A stretch of 63,693 nt of DNA, filler included, from Octopus bimaculoides (taxonomy: Eukaryota), in NCBI RefSeq assembly GCF_001194135.2. It is 5 parts of 5 records of this genome, joined end to end, with 100 filler letters (N's around TTAATTAATTAA, not from the genome) between each part and the next. Parts side by side here need not be neighbours in the genome. Positions count along the whole stretch, not along the records: positions 1 to 26,556 come from NC_068982.1; 4 more parts are not named here. The stretch is one strand, 5' to 3'. Below the pieces are notes generated by a model. That model was not told where the DNA came from, did not search any database, and saw nothing but the letters and a program-made list of their open reading frames with translations. Below are positions 13,153-26,095 of the stretch, piece after piece. Both the position numbers and the translations under genes were made by a program. Every line of letters begins with the position of its first letter. Positions within the stretch are counted from its first letter, which is position 1.

Positions 13153-14094
13153 ATGATGGTGTAAGTAAATATCTTATAAACAACAATTTGTCATGTTTTG
13201 TTTTATTTTCTGTGTGTGTGTTACTAATTTTCTGTGAACTATATTATGGGTGAATGGATTGGGTAGGCTCTGTTGGTTAAGTTTGATTATGTGTATGTAC
13301 CGGCCTGGACAAGGTTTTTCATGAAAGACTGGCAGTTGGCTATGTGTGCAAGTCTCCTACGTGTTACCAGCACTGTCCAAAAGAAAAGGCTGCTGCTTTA
13401 GAGCTGATACAGCTTGGCATCAGTCATTTCAAGTATTGCTCTCAGAACACAAGGGCCCAGAGAGATACGACAAAGTATTATGTCTGATTTGTAACAGTCC
13501 TACCAATCGACAGTTTGCAAGTGCAATTTTTTTGTTAACTTGAATGAATGAATAAAAGTTAACTTCACCTCAGCAGGATTTGAACACAGGCCACAATGAT
13601 TTGGAATAGAATGCCACTAGGCATTCTATTCAATGCCAGTTTTAATGTATCCTGAAATTATCTTTGATAAGTAAACGTTTAATTTTACAGAATAACATCA
13701 ATTTGTGAAATTTTATATAAAGCGTCTTTCATAAATAAATTTAGCTAAATTATTTTAATTATAATTTCATCACTTTTTAAAAGTATCTTCTTGAAAATAT
13801 GAAGGACCTGAAACTAAATTAGAATTTCTAAGTTAATATTGCAAAACTTCTCTCTTAAATCCCATTTTTCTATTAAATTGCTTTAACCCAATTTAGTTAC
13901 TTATTCTTGCCTTTCTTTGAGAACGTAGCACTCCTACACAAAACTGACTTTTACTGGCTCAAGGTTGTTCTTAAATCCCACCAGGATTGTTTTCACTTGA
14001 AACATTTTTTTTTATTAAGCAAATAAAATAAATTAAAATGTGCCCTTTTTTCTTTAGAAAGGTAACATGAATGATTTTTTTTTTTTTTTAACAG

Positions 14095-14175
14095 AAAAGA
14101 GAAAGAGGCTGTTTGCGGGTTCATCACATCAATAATGTTAATCGTGCCTTATATATTCTTGAAAAAAATTATAAT
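14095..14175 (+). CDS. DMD: Dystrophin exon, CH1 (exon 4 equivalent): KRERGCLRVHHINNVNRALYILEKNYN
   Basis: poly-T...acAG acceptor and GTAAGT donor. 81 nt, phase 0/0. Matches human PKEKGSTRVHALNNVNKALRVLQNNN (78 nt). Too short for the ORF track. Confidence 0.93.
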
Positions 14176-15383
14176 GTAAGTAATTATATTTAGCTATGCA
14201 TTTTCCAGATGTTGACATAATTAAATATTTCTAACAACTTTAATTCTCCAATTTTACATTATTTCTCTTCTTTAATGTGTGAATTTCCATTTTTTATGAT
14301 CTTACAATGAAAGCCTATTGTTTTATAACTTGTATTGCTAGCATTTAGACATTGTTAATTGATATTAATATGGAACATACACATAGACACATAATCTTGA
14401 TTATATTCATCCTCGACTGTGTTCACATTATCCATCTCTGGCTAGTTGCCTATATGCAGCATATACTGGGATGGAATGGAATGGAATGGAATGGAATGGA
14501 TACTGATACATTTATTTTGGAAAATTGTACCATTCTTTTCTACAATCTAAACTTAAGATAGTTCAGTTGTAATTTTAAGTAAAATGATCTTCCTGCTATT
14601 TGCTATTCTAATGCATTTAGAATCTTGATGTACTGACATTCAACTGTTATTAAGTTTAAAACTATGGGCTGCTCACATGGGGTGTTAATAAATTCTGCCA
14701 GTTTGGTGAGGGACTTTATGAAAGTCAAGTGGGTAAAATGTGAATGGCAAAAAAGTTCTGATAACTGCTATCTCTCTTAAGTAAGGGCTTTCAAAATCAC
14801 TAAGCCATCTGATGAAATAATTGTGTTGCCACATCTTCAATATGCTTTGGACAGCTTAGAATAAGAGGCATATTTAAGTCCACAAGTTTAAAAAATGTGC
14901 TCAAATATTACATAGCAGTGACATGAATGCTTATTTGACCAATTGACTAACTGGACATTTCATGAAAGCCTATGTAGAGTATTTAACCTATATGTTCTTA
15001 AAAGTTCGATCAGCTATATATGTAGCATATGGCTGTTCAAATGCAATAAGAAATTGTTTCTATGTATATGAAAAGCAAGTTATATGAAACATGGCTATAA
15101 GTGAGAACGATTGATTTGGGTTCAAATTTTACCATCTATTGGGTATGTAATAATAATTTATTGAGTGCATATTGAGAAAATAACCTGACATGTATTGGAA
15201 ATGCTAGGAGAAAAATGCTGTGATGGAATCTATGTGTGGTCAAAATTGCCCATGGAATATGAGATTGCTTAGAATTAATATGTATGGAGACATATTTTCA
15301 TTTCCCTTTTACTACTGATATGTGTCTAATATATTCATAACAGTAAGCCATAACTTTGTTTTGTTTTATTTTATTATTTCCAG

Positions 15384-15476
15384 ATAAAACTTGTAAATAT
15401 TAGTAGTAATGATATTGTGGATGGCAACTGTAAATTGATTCTGGGTTTGGTATGGAGCATTATTGTTCATTGGCAG
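15384..15476 (+). CDS. DMD: Dystrophin exon, CH1 end (exon 5 equivalent): [31 protein letters not shown]
   Basis: ttcCAG acceptor and GTAACT donor. 93 nt like human exon 5. LVNI.S.DIVDGN.KL.LGL.W.II.HWQ motif. Confidence 0.95.
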
Positions 15477-15984
15477 GTAACTACTTCTCTACTAATTCTT
15501 AGATGTTTTCTTGAGTTGTAATTGCTTTAGTATCTTTATTTTCTTGCAAAAGAATTTTTTTTAAATTTTAATTTCCTCTCTTAAAGTTTATTTATGTCAG
15601 AAGCTATATATCATTTTAGGTCTGTAAGTTTAAAATTGTATCTAGAGTTGTTTTTATTAGATGTGTTTTATGTTTATGATCATATTTCTTTTTGCAATAA
15701 TTAACTTGTAACATTTTAAATGGTCTGTATTCATTATACAATATTTGTCATTTCTTTCTATTGCTTTACATTTTACATGCAAGTTTATAATTTTTATTCA
15801 GTTAATTACAGATTAAGTAGTTTGTAACTATTACTCATTTTTAAAATTTAATGAAAACAGAATGGCTCCTACAATAGATGAGTTAAATGGATGTTTGAAG
15901 CTTGAGACTACTGACATAAGTTCAAACTAAAATCAATGAAATACCTAAAGGTTAAATATACAGGATCAAATATAACATTGGTTT

Positions 15985-16195
15985 CAAATTTTGGCACAAG
16001 GCCAGCAATTTTGGAGGTTGGGGTAAGTCAATTACATCAACCCAAGTGCTCAATTGGTTCTTATTTTATTGACCTGAAAGGATCAAAGGCAAAGTGGATC
16101 TTGGTGGAATTTGAACTCGGAGCATAAAGATTGACAAAATGTCTTTAAGCATTTTGCCTGGTGTGCTAATGATTCTGCTAGTTCAACACCTTAGA
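15985..16195 (-). mobile_element. Old SINE of the 'ggatgaaaggcaaag' family
   Basis: Same core as 2625, 22525 and 30320, with CpG decayed to TpG/CpA. Confidence 0.75.
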
Positions 16196-17939
16196 ATCAG
16201 ATGTAATATCCAAATGAAAAATTGTGTGACTAATATGTGTTTTATGCATAACTGAAAAATAAGACTTTATAGGGGTAATTAATAGGAAATTTGTGAAGCA
16301 ATGATTATAGTTAACTTACACAATTCTCATATAGTTTTCATTATTAAACATGTTGCTTCTGAAAGGCTGCAAAAGCTTGCAGTGTATTGTCTAAATCTAG
16401 TTATATCTGGATTAATTCTCTTTTTATGCATTATACCTAAATCTTAGTTCAGAGATTTTTCTGATTTTTTTAGACGTTATCTTCGTATATTGGTATTTCT
16501 CATTATAAATCAATTCATTTTTCTTCTCATCCATAACCATCTCTTTTCTCTCCCAGCATCTTTTTTAATTAGATACATTATGATACTGATGACCTGTTTA
16601 GCTCCTTATTATCCTCCTTCTTACAACTTTTATTTGAGTCTTGTTATGCATCATCTCATCTCTTTGTTGAGAAATGGCAGTCTAAACTCATTTAAAAGGA
16701 ATTACAGCAAAAACACAAGTGTTATTTTGAGGAGAGAGAACTTCGTCCTCTCTTCACTTTTGGCTCCCAATTTCAAGAAATTTCATTCTTTATATATGTT
16801 AGGATTTCTTATTTTCCTTGTTTATAAGGCATTCTTGTATTGCCTCACTGCATCAAAAGAGACTTGGTTTTCTATTAATTTATTAATCAAGCAAAATCCA
16901 AATATTTGTTCCCCAAAATGCATTAGTGCAAAACAAGAAAATAAAGTGTTAGGCAACTGTGTATTAATAAAGTGTGTAATTAAAAAATATAAGTTACATC
17001 TAGGTAGTGTCAAGTATGTAAATTTATCTAAAGGTGTGTCATTGAGGTTAACTTTAATAGCATTTTCAAGGTAAATTATTATGTTGGTAAATAGGAGAGA
17101 TGCTAATGAAATACAATAGCGATAATTCAGATATTTTTGGCTTTGGCTTAAAATATGTCAGTCAATTGAAAGTAGCAAAGCATAATTACATAAACTTGTT
17201 AGTACTATTAATTACCCAGTGTTTACCTATCACTAAATGAAGGATAGTTTGGCTAATTTTTGAATATATCTGCTATAATTGCAATAAAGTTAGAAAGATT
17301 TCTGCACCTAGATTTTCTTGATAGCTGTAACCAGAAAGGATTTAACTATCTTCATAAAGTGTATTTTTAGGTGCTTGTTGACATTTGAAACTCTACTTAA
17401 ATGATAATTAAAATACTGTCTTCAAAGTTATAACATTTTTCTTGTGAAAATTTATTTTAGAAATATAAAAGAAAATGAAAAGCAAATGCGCAGTATCTTT
17501 TGCACCTAAATTATTTTCCATTTCTAAATATAACCTCTCTCTTTGAAGAGAGAGAGAGAGAGAATATAAAACTTATTTAATAACTAAACAGGTTTTATTA
17601 GCCATCTTATGTGAAAATCATATTTAGCAATTTTGAAATTATGTAGAAGGGCCATATAATTAATTCTGCTACTCAACTGCTAATGTCTTAGTTATTCCTT
17701 ACATATGCATATTATTATAATTATTGGATTTCATTTTCTGTGTAAAATGATGATGTCCAGAATATGTTAAAGAAATGGATGGATTTGTAAAAATCTACTT
17801 TTAGTAAAGTTTTGTTTGCTAATATATGTGAAAATATGTTACAAAGAATACTGTTAAATGTAAGTGATAGTTTTAGTTGTAATACTATAGTGTACAGATG
17901 CTAAAATCATGTAATCACAAACTGTCTTTAAATTTATAG

Positions 17940-18031
17940 GTCAAAGATGTAATGAAAGATGCCATGGGAGAACTGCAACAATCAAACTTGGAACAAATGT
18001 TATTAGAATGGTGTAAAGAAATCACTAAAGA
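17940..18031 (+). CDS. DMD: Dystrophin exon, CH1-CH2 linker (5' part of human exon 6): VKDVMKDAMGELQQSNLEQMLLEWCKEITK(D)
   Basis: tttatAG acceptor and GTATGT donor. 92 nt ending in phase 2. Matches the dystrophin-type linker [25 protein letters not shown]. Confidence 0.93.
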
Positions 18032-20864
18032 GTATGTATTTGGCATGTGACCTTAATGTGTTAAAAATGACATAACCTGTCTGTATAGTCTTCATTTCTC
18101 TCTTTAAAGTAAAATAATATTTGGTAACTCTATCTAAAGACGTTATCTGTTGTAATATTTACATAATATTTGTGAATAGCTATGTGTCCGTTTCATTATA
18201 TGAAACATTACTTGTTGAAATTCAGAAAAATATTAAATCTTTTTATACTTCTTTCCTTAAAATTTTTATCATAAAGATTCATATATAAGTTTTGGTAATA
18301 TCAAGGGTAGCATAAAGAATTGATATTTTGTAGCAGAAGATTTTCATTAAGACTGAAAACATTTTATAATTGTTAGTTTCATTCACAAAAGTAAGTGATA
18401 TATATCCATTAAAGGGTGTGAAATAAAGCAGTTTTGGAGATGGATAATTGTACAAATTTAAACATTTACATAACATTATACCTTTTTTAAAGCTAATTAT
18501 TTAACTATACTATTTATCTATTTGGTTACAGTAGTTCTGATGGTTGTTTCGGGTAACTTCCAATTTGCTCTGCTTCTGCAGACCCATGGCACAGATTTTT
18601 TAATTAAAACATGGATTCACTCATCTCCATTCTGTCATTTGAGCTTGAAGCCACTTACTTTTAAAATACAAATATGTATCCTATGTTCACTTTTTAATTA
18701 ATATTATATAACTAATTTAATTGATGTAATTTGTAAATCATAAATGAAGCTACTAATTTGTTATTTAGATGGCATGTATAAATTAAGTGAATATCACTTC
18801 TTAGGCTTGAGGAACTGAAAAGCAAATCCACTTGAAACTTTGTGGTTAGTTAAAGTAAAGAAATATTTAGAGATCAATGATTACATAAACAGATGAATAA
18901 AATTTATTGCTGTTATAACAGCAATTAACATATTCCATGAAGTCCAGTCTTAGTAACAAATTACATCATAATAATAACTGTTAGAAAGAGAGACTTGTTT
19001 TTTAACTCCTCCACATTGAACATTCCTGTTTTACCAACTCTTATTTATTAATGAATAGGCTACTACCAGAGTGTCTTCCTTGTGGATATTAATTAACAAG
19101 AAAATATATATTCACCTGATCACACATCATTTTCACATATCCAAACCAACTTTTATTTTACAATGTTTGAGAGAACTATTCAGGGTAACACCATAGAAAA
19201 ATATTTTGCTTTTCTTTGAAATCATAAATTTATGTAATAAATTCTAAAATATTCAGCTTTTTATTATCCTTTCTTTTCTTATTTATATGCATGTTGAGTT
19301 GGCATCTCAACAAATTTTATATTAAGCTCCAAATTCTCTGTAAGCCTTTAAAAAATGAAAATTTAAAAATAAAAAAAAACGAAAACTTAAAATCTTAAAA
19401 ATCAAAAACTTGAAAAAAAAAGCAAAAGCTTAAAAAAAGAAGTCGGTGTTCCACGATTTTCTTTATAAGGTACAGTATTTTGCTATTGTTACATTATAGT
19501 TAAATTACTTGGCTATTACTCTGCTTTTCGAAGCTCTTTAAAACTACATGATTCTATACAATAGAAACTATTTTGTTCAGCCATTTAGTATATTTACTTA
19601 TTTTGTATTAATGTATATTCAACAAGTGATGGAGTTAATTAATGCATTCTTAATGATTAAATTATTAAGTATTACTGTTATGATATAGTTATTTTTTAAA
19701 TATGAATATTGTATGTGGAATTTATTCTAATAATACTTAGTGAAGCAAAATGGTTATGTTAAAGGTTGATGGTTCTTCACCTTTTGTAATTTAGTACCTT
19801 CTTTTGCAAGATAGCATCTTACAAATGACCTCTCAGCCTGTTTTTAAAAAAGAAAGAAAAATCAAACTGAAGCTAATTTTGTTGTAGTTTATTATGAATA
19901 TTTGCTTTCCTTATGCAGCATGTGCCTCTTTGTAGATATGTATGGATTAATGCCTCTCATGTTAATTTTTTTTTCAATCATGAAATTTATTAAATAAGGC
20001 AAGGATTTATGTAATGAAATTATATTGGACCTTGATGTATCTTCTATCAAGTTTCTGTTTACTGATGATATACTGTTCTATTAATATTTTAATCCAAACA
20101 GGTTTTTTTGAAAATTTGTTTAAAATATGAAAAATGTATTTACTTTAAATATCATGTTTCTTAGAAAACCCTTCTAAATATTTAGTACATGTCATAGCAC
20201 TCCCTTTGTAAGCTCACAACACCACTAAAGGAGTAAGGGTACATGCTACTGTTTAGGCTAAGAACCACTGCTCTAGACATTAGGTATACTATTTTTATTC
20301 TGAATCTTGGAGTAAACCTAGTATCAGTAATCAACAAAAACTTGTCTGTCCTACCAGTGTTAATGTTATTAAAGGTTACATGTTGAAATATAATCAACAT
20401 ATCAGTTTAAACTAATATCTTAAATCCATTTTAAATAACATTTTTGACTTCACAATGCCTAGAATGTGATTCTTTTAAGATTTCAGGTGATATTCAAAAA
20501 GTAAATAAAAGTATGCAGTGTATGTGTTGAAATAATTTTAAGATAGAATATTGTAAAGCTTTTAAATCACCAGAGTAGATTTTTTTCCTTGTTTACTTTC
20601 AAATTAGCCTCATGAGTGTTAAAATGTTATGAAAAAAAAAAAAAAAATTAAAAAAAAAATTAGATGTACAGTTTCTTTTCGCTTGGAATAACTAGTGTAT
20701 TGATTGGAGTTATTCTCTTGGACTATATGTCTTCAACAGCATCATTAGAGACATTTACAAATTACTATAAAATTGTCATTAAAATTTATTTGATTAATCA
20801 GCACAATTATGTTTGTTAACTATTTTGTTTCAATCTCAGCTAATGAAATAGAATATCAAGCATG

Positions 20865-21045
20865 ACTGTGTGGTTGAGAATTTCACTTCCTAACTTTGTG
20901 GTTGGTTTTGCATTCAGTTCCACAACACAGCACCCTTGGCAAGTGTCTTCTATTATAACCTTGGGCTGACCAAATCCTTGTGAGTGGATTTGGTTGATGG
21001 AAACTGAAAGAAGACTGTTGTATATAATATATATGTATGCATGTG
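20865..21045 (+). mobile_element. Decayed SINE head of the 'ctgtgtggt...caagtgtcttct...gtgagtggatttggtagacggaaac' family
   Basis: Aligns with 50263-50430 and, in reverse, with 54490-54630. Confidence 0.7.
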
Positions 21046-21522
21046 TCTGTATTTTTATTTACATATGCAATTGTTTGTATGAATGTGTGGTGATCAGGTT
21101 CTCCTGTCAATAAATCATCCAGGCACTTTGTTCCTCTTAAGCCATGTGAAATAAGTGACCCTTTACTTGGAATACAGGTAAGGATTAGCATCAAAGAGAC
21201 ATCTGGGTTGTAAAACAATGTGTCAAATAGCATATTCATCAAACACATGCAAGCATGGAAAAATGGATGCAAAATGAATGAACTGCATATAGTTTTATTC
21301 TTGAAAAATAAATGGTTATTAAAAGAAAAATACCCTTTGATTGAACACTCAATAATTACAGATTGATGTCAAAGAAACTAATTGAATATATGAATAGTGA
21401 AATAAATGCAATGTTTAATTGAAAGTGTGAGTAATAAGTGACGAGTAAATCAAGGATATTATTTTTTCAGGTGACATTAGTTGTTAACTAATAATCTAAT
21501 ATATATTAATTTTGTTTTTCAG

Positions 21523-21603
21523 CTATGATAAAGTTGAATTAAAAAACTTTACAACAAGCTGGAAGGATGGTTTAGCATTTAATGCATTAATACATAAACA
21601 CCG
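21523..21603 (+). CDS. DMD: Dystrophin exon, CH2 (3' part of human exon 6): (D)[26 protein letters not shown](R)
   Basis: tttgtttttcAG acceptor and GTAAGT donor. 81 nt, phase 2/2. NFTTSW.DGLA.NALIH motif. 92+81=173 nt, the length of human exon 6. Confidence 0.95.
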
Positions 21604-22524
21604 GTAAGTCAAACTTCTTTTAATTTAGTTAATGACTAAATGTTTGTTACAAGGTTCCACTCCAGCAATTATCTATAGCAATTAGAATAAAATCAATATT
21701 GATTAGGTTTCATATTTCTAGCTTTTTGTTTCAAATTGAAATGCAGACCAAAATGACTGAAATCATTTAAAGAAACACACACACACACACGCACGCGCAA
21801 TTTACAGTTATCTACATTATCTAACTTTCTTATTCCTCAAATTTTATTTTTATGTAAAATATACCATAGCAATAAATGACAGCAACCTGTTCAGGAAGTG
21901 AATCTTTGAGAACATTCAAAACTAGCTGACTGTTTAACCAACAAGAAAGAATGCATCAGTGGGATGAAACACAATATGAGATTGTGTTGAACTGTGGAAA
22001 ACCCAAGTGCAGATTTAATGGAAATATATTTATTTTAAAAATAGAGATTAGAGGTTTTCTGTTTTTCTCAGAAGTGTTCCTTTCAAGTGGTTAGTTGAGA
22101 GAATCTAAAATGGGCAGGATGCTTATTCTTTTGTATTTGTTCTGTTGTTTATTTCTCACCCCAGTGTGCAAATCTTGAGGCTCCTGCTCATTGCTTGGTT
22201 GCCTCTGTGAGCCTATAAGGAATGTGTATCTAGTTGCAAAGGTATGCTTAGTGTCAGGAGAGCTTTACAGTATGAACAAAGCCACCAGTGTGTGGTTGAG
22301 TTCATGAGGTGTAGGTATCAATGGATTAAAGAGATTTATTGGTTCTGTGAGTAGTCTAGTGTAGGTTGAGTATAACTAGGCTTAGTTCGTTTCTATTGAT
22401 GTCTGGGAGAAACAACATCCAGTTGTGTTGATGAGGTTTTAAGCTGAGTGAATCGCTTGCATGTTGCTTTCTAAAAAATAGAAAGAAAAAAAGCTTCTGA
22501 CTAATAATAATAATAATAATAATA

Positions 22525-22738
22525 ATCCTTTCTGCTGGAAGCACAAGGCCTGAAATTTTGCAGGAGAGGACTAGTCAATTACATTGACCTCAGCGTTTAA
22601 CAGGTATTTAATTTGTTGACTCTGAAAGGATGAAAGGCGAAGTTGATCTCAGCAGAATTTGAACTCAAAATGTAAAGACAGATGAAATGCTGCTAAGCAT
22701 TTTGCCTGGCATGTTAATGATTCTGCCAGCTCATCACT

Positions 22739-22774
<36 letters not shown>

Positions 22775-22952
22775 ATCCTTTCCACTATAGGCACAAGGCC
22801 TGAAATTTGGGTTGATGGGGCTAGTTGATTACATCAACCCCAAAAGGATGAAAGGCAAAGTTGAGCTCAGGGGAATTTGAACTTAGAACATAAAAACATG
22901 TAATGCCGCTAAATATTTTGTCCAGCATGCTAACAGTTCTACCAGCTCACTG
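22525..22952 (-). mobile_element. Two tandem old SINE copies separated by a (TAG)n run
   Basis: Two repeats of ...aggcctgaaatt...aaggatgaaaggc...gaatttgaact...gctaa...ctgccagctca. Confidence 0.8.
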
Positions 22953-23021
22953 CTTTACTACTACTGCTACTATACTACTTATATAATGATAATAATAATG
23001 ATAATGCTAAGAATAATAAAT

Positions 23022-23585
23022 TTCCTGATGCAGTACCAGACAGGGGCTCTCTTGGCTTCTGATCTTAACTGACTGGAAGTGTTATCATGTACATTGTTTT
23101 TTCTTGGTATAAAAGATGAGCTACAGCAAGTATTCTGCTCAAAACCACAGATTTGCTTGTCAATTGTTTGACCATAACCACTTGAGCATGTCCCTTAGTG
23201 GTTGATGATATGTGCATCTCTGATCATGAGCAGAAGTAGTAGGGGAGCATCATAGCCATGTGTTGAAAGGAATTCTTTGGAGTTTGAATAATTTACCTCT
23301 GGAAACATGGGTGTTTCATTCAGCATCCTTAAACAACCCTTATTGAGGGACCTTTTGAGTGGAATGGGCTACTCAACCTGAAGAAAATTCTAACTGAACC
23401 CCACCTGCAAGGTCATGTGCTGTTTATCTTGATATGAGATCACCTTGTTGCACACACATAGTTATGAAGCATGTGCCTGGTGTACCCTTATCAGACGGGC
23501 AGTCATGATGGGTATACTGGGCTTCATATATTTTATCCCAGTGTCATCACTTTGATGGCATGCACTGCTCTCTCACTCAATAATA
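23022..23585. repeat. ~560-nt interspersed repeat, copy 1
   Basis: Reverse-complement homologue at 30786-31332. Flanked by (AAT)n. Confidence 0.85.
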
Positions 23586-23589
23586 ATTA

Positions 23590-24025
23590 TTATTTCTACT
23601 CTAGTCAAAAGACCTTGAAAATTTTTAGAGAAGAGGGATAGTTGATTACATCAACCCCAGTGCAGAACTGGTACTTATTTCATCGACCCCCAAAAGGATG
23701 AAAGGCAAAGTCGACCTTCATGGAATTTGAAGTCAGGATGTAGCGGCAGATGAAATACCGCTAAGCATTTTGCCCAGTGTGCTAACAATTCTTATTTCTT
23801 TATTGCCAACAAGGGGCTAAACATAGAGGGGGCAAACAAGGACAGACAAAGGGATTAAGTCGATCACATCGACCCCAGTGCGTAACTGGTACTTAATTTA
23901 TCGACCCCAAAAGGATGAAAGGCAAAGTCGACCTCGGCGGAATTTGAACTCAGAACGTAGTGGCAGACGAAATACGGCTAAGCATTTCGCCCGGCGTGCT
24001 AACAATTCTGCCAGCTCGCTGCCTT
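23590..24025 (-). mobile_element. Dimeric SINE (older unit plus CpG-intact unit)
   Basis: Two tandem units sharing ...catcgacccc.aaaggatgaaaggcaaagtcgacct...gctaacaattct. Confidence 0.8.
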
Positions 24026-24049
24026 ACTCAATAATAATATTATTAGAAT

Positions 24050-24470
24050 GTCCTAACAAGTGATTCGACCACCAACCTTTGCCAATAGCAGAGAATGATC
24101 AGGTGAAACTCACATGGGATATGCTAATCAACAGAGATAAGAAGCTGCAACATAGCCAACTAGATATTACTCTCTCATGGAAGGAGTCCGAAAAGTAGAC
24201 ACTTGTTAAAGTAGCTATAGTTGCAGACCAGAATATTGTGAAGACAGAGAATGAGAAAGTCAAAAATTACCAAGATCTAGCATTGGAAGTGAAGCACATC
24301 CATAGAGCCTGAAAAGTGAGTGTGATACCTATCATGATTGGTGCACTTGGGACCATCTCAATGAAAGCAATATACTAGCATGAAAAGCTAAAAATACCAA
24401 GCTTCATAGGAAGTATACATTTGGCAGCAATACTCAGAACAGCGGATGTTGAGGAAAGTGTTGTGTCTCT
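24050..24470 (+). mobile_element. 3' end (RLE endonuclease) of a decayed R4/Dong-like non-LTR retrotransposon
   Basis: HQPLPIAENDQVKLTWD...ENEKVKNYQDLALEV...VIPIMIGALGTI...AAILRTA: characteristic C-terminus of restriction-like endonuclease elements. Confidence 0.75.
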
Positions 24471-25309
24471 GAGCTGAATAGTGACATAGATAATGCAAGA
24501 AAAGAAATAATGAAGATAATAATAATGTTAATCCAATCATACTGTTTGAAAATTAGTAAAGTTTCTTTTACAAAAATATTCGATATCCTCATCATTCATT
24601 TAATCCAAAGTTGTTTTATTCTCCCTATTACTATTAACTGAACTACTACATTGTCCACTCACCCTTATATGAGAATATTTAGTCAGAATCAACTCCAAAT
24701 TTCAACATTTATTTAAAGGTAAATTTATCTTTTTATGTTTCAACATTATCAGTTGGCCATAAATTCTTCCAAGGGTTAACCCTTTTTATACAATATTTCT
24801 GTTGAAATACACTATTGTTCATTGTCACTGTTGTCCTCTTCCTCTTTGTTTGCCATACGTTTTCCTTGCTGGCATAAGCTGGTGTTTGGAACATAAAATA
24901 ACATGAAATTCTGATGGAAGATTTTAATTAAAATCACTTTAAAACAGGGAGTTAGTATTGTAGAACCAGGGGCTGTCTTGTTCATTTTGGTATCAAAAAG
25001 ATTAATTATCTCAAATTATTTCAGTCCTTTCTATCTTTCTCTTTTGACATCTTCCTTTCTCAGTCTGTCAGTCATCTCAATCAAGTAGTATAGAGACAGG
25101 CTGTTGAGTTAGTAATATTTGATGGTGTATGGTTGGTTGTTAGACATGTCTTGTAAAACATAGAACTGAAAATATATTACATATTCACTATGTAATGAAT
25201 GTAACTCTCTCTTTTTCTTTTGTTGAAATTGATAAAATAAAGATAAATTAAATTGTAAATATGTATTATAACAGCATTGTATGTTTATATTTTAAATCTA
25301 TATTCTTAG

Positions 25310-25425
25310 ATCTGAGTTATTTTCATATGATGATCTTTTGGATAAAGACAATTACTATAATCTGTCACATGCTTTCAATGTTGCACACCAACATTTGAAT
25401 ATTGATCCATTATTGGATCCTGAAG
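25310..25425 (+). CDS. DMD: Dystrophin exon, CH2 (exon 7 equivalent): (R)SELFSYDDLLDKDNYYNLSHAFNVAHQHLNIDPLLDPE(D)
   Basis: ttcttAG acceptor and GTTGGT donor. 116 nt (human 119), phase 2/1. L.HAF..A...L.I..LLDPED motif. Confidence 0.94.
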
Positions 25426-26095
25426 GTTGGTGAATTTATTTAATTTTAAAAAAAATATTTTAAATTGATAATTATTCATAATAATTATTATGTTTTGGTA
25501 TTTTTAAAAGCAGAAAGTAATAGAAATTAAAAATAATTGTTATTTCTATTTGAAATGGAAAACTTTATTTTGCATATATATTTATATATTTCTTTCTCAT
25601 GTTAGTCTGAATTGAGGAATTTTAAAGTAGGTTACTTAACATTCAGATAGCTACTAGTGTCCCCCACCTCCTAGTTTGCTTTAATCTACATTCATGTTCA
25701 AGGTTGTCAGTTGTCCTTGAAACAAAATTAGGAAATTGATTCCTTTATATTTAGAACCTGTCATAGGGTTCTAATTTTGTTTTACTTTACAGTTGTAATT
25801 ATTCCTCAAATTAATTAAATCTGTCATTCACACTGATTCTGACCTGATTCAATACGTCTTATGTTTTGAAATGAGAATTATTGAAAAAAATCTTATATTT
25901 CCATTATTAATTAATGAGTATACATTATTTTCCTATGCTAAAAGAGATTAGTTAAGTTAGATTACTGTTGCCCCACTATATTGGTAATTTCTTCTGCAAA
26001 AGTTAACAACTTAAATGTTTCGGTTTACCTTCTCCATAGAAGCTAAATATGTGATGTGTGATTATTGTGTTAATATTACTATATTTTCATTACAG

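Noticed and set aside
16490-17074. 194-aa intronic ORF
   Set aside because: TTG start, AT-rich F/L/I/K composition, no recognisable motif. Probably chance.
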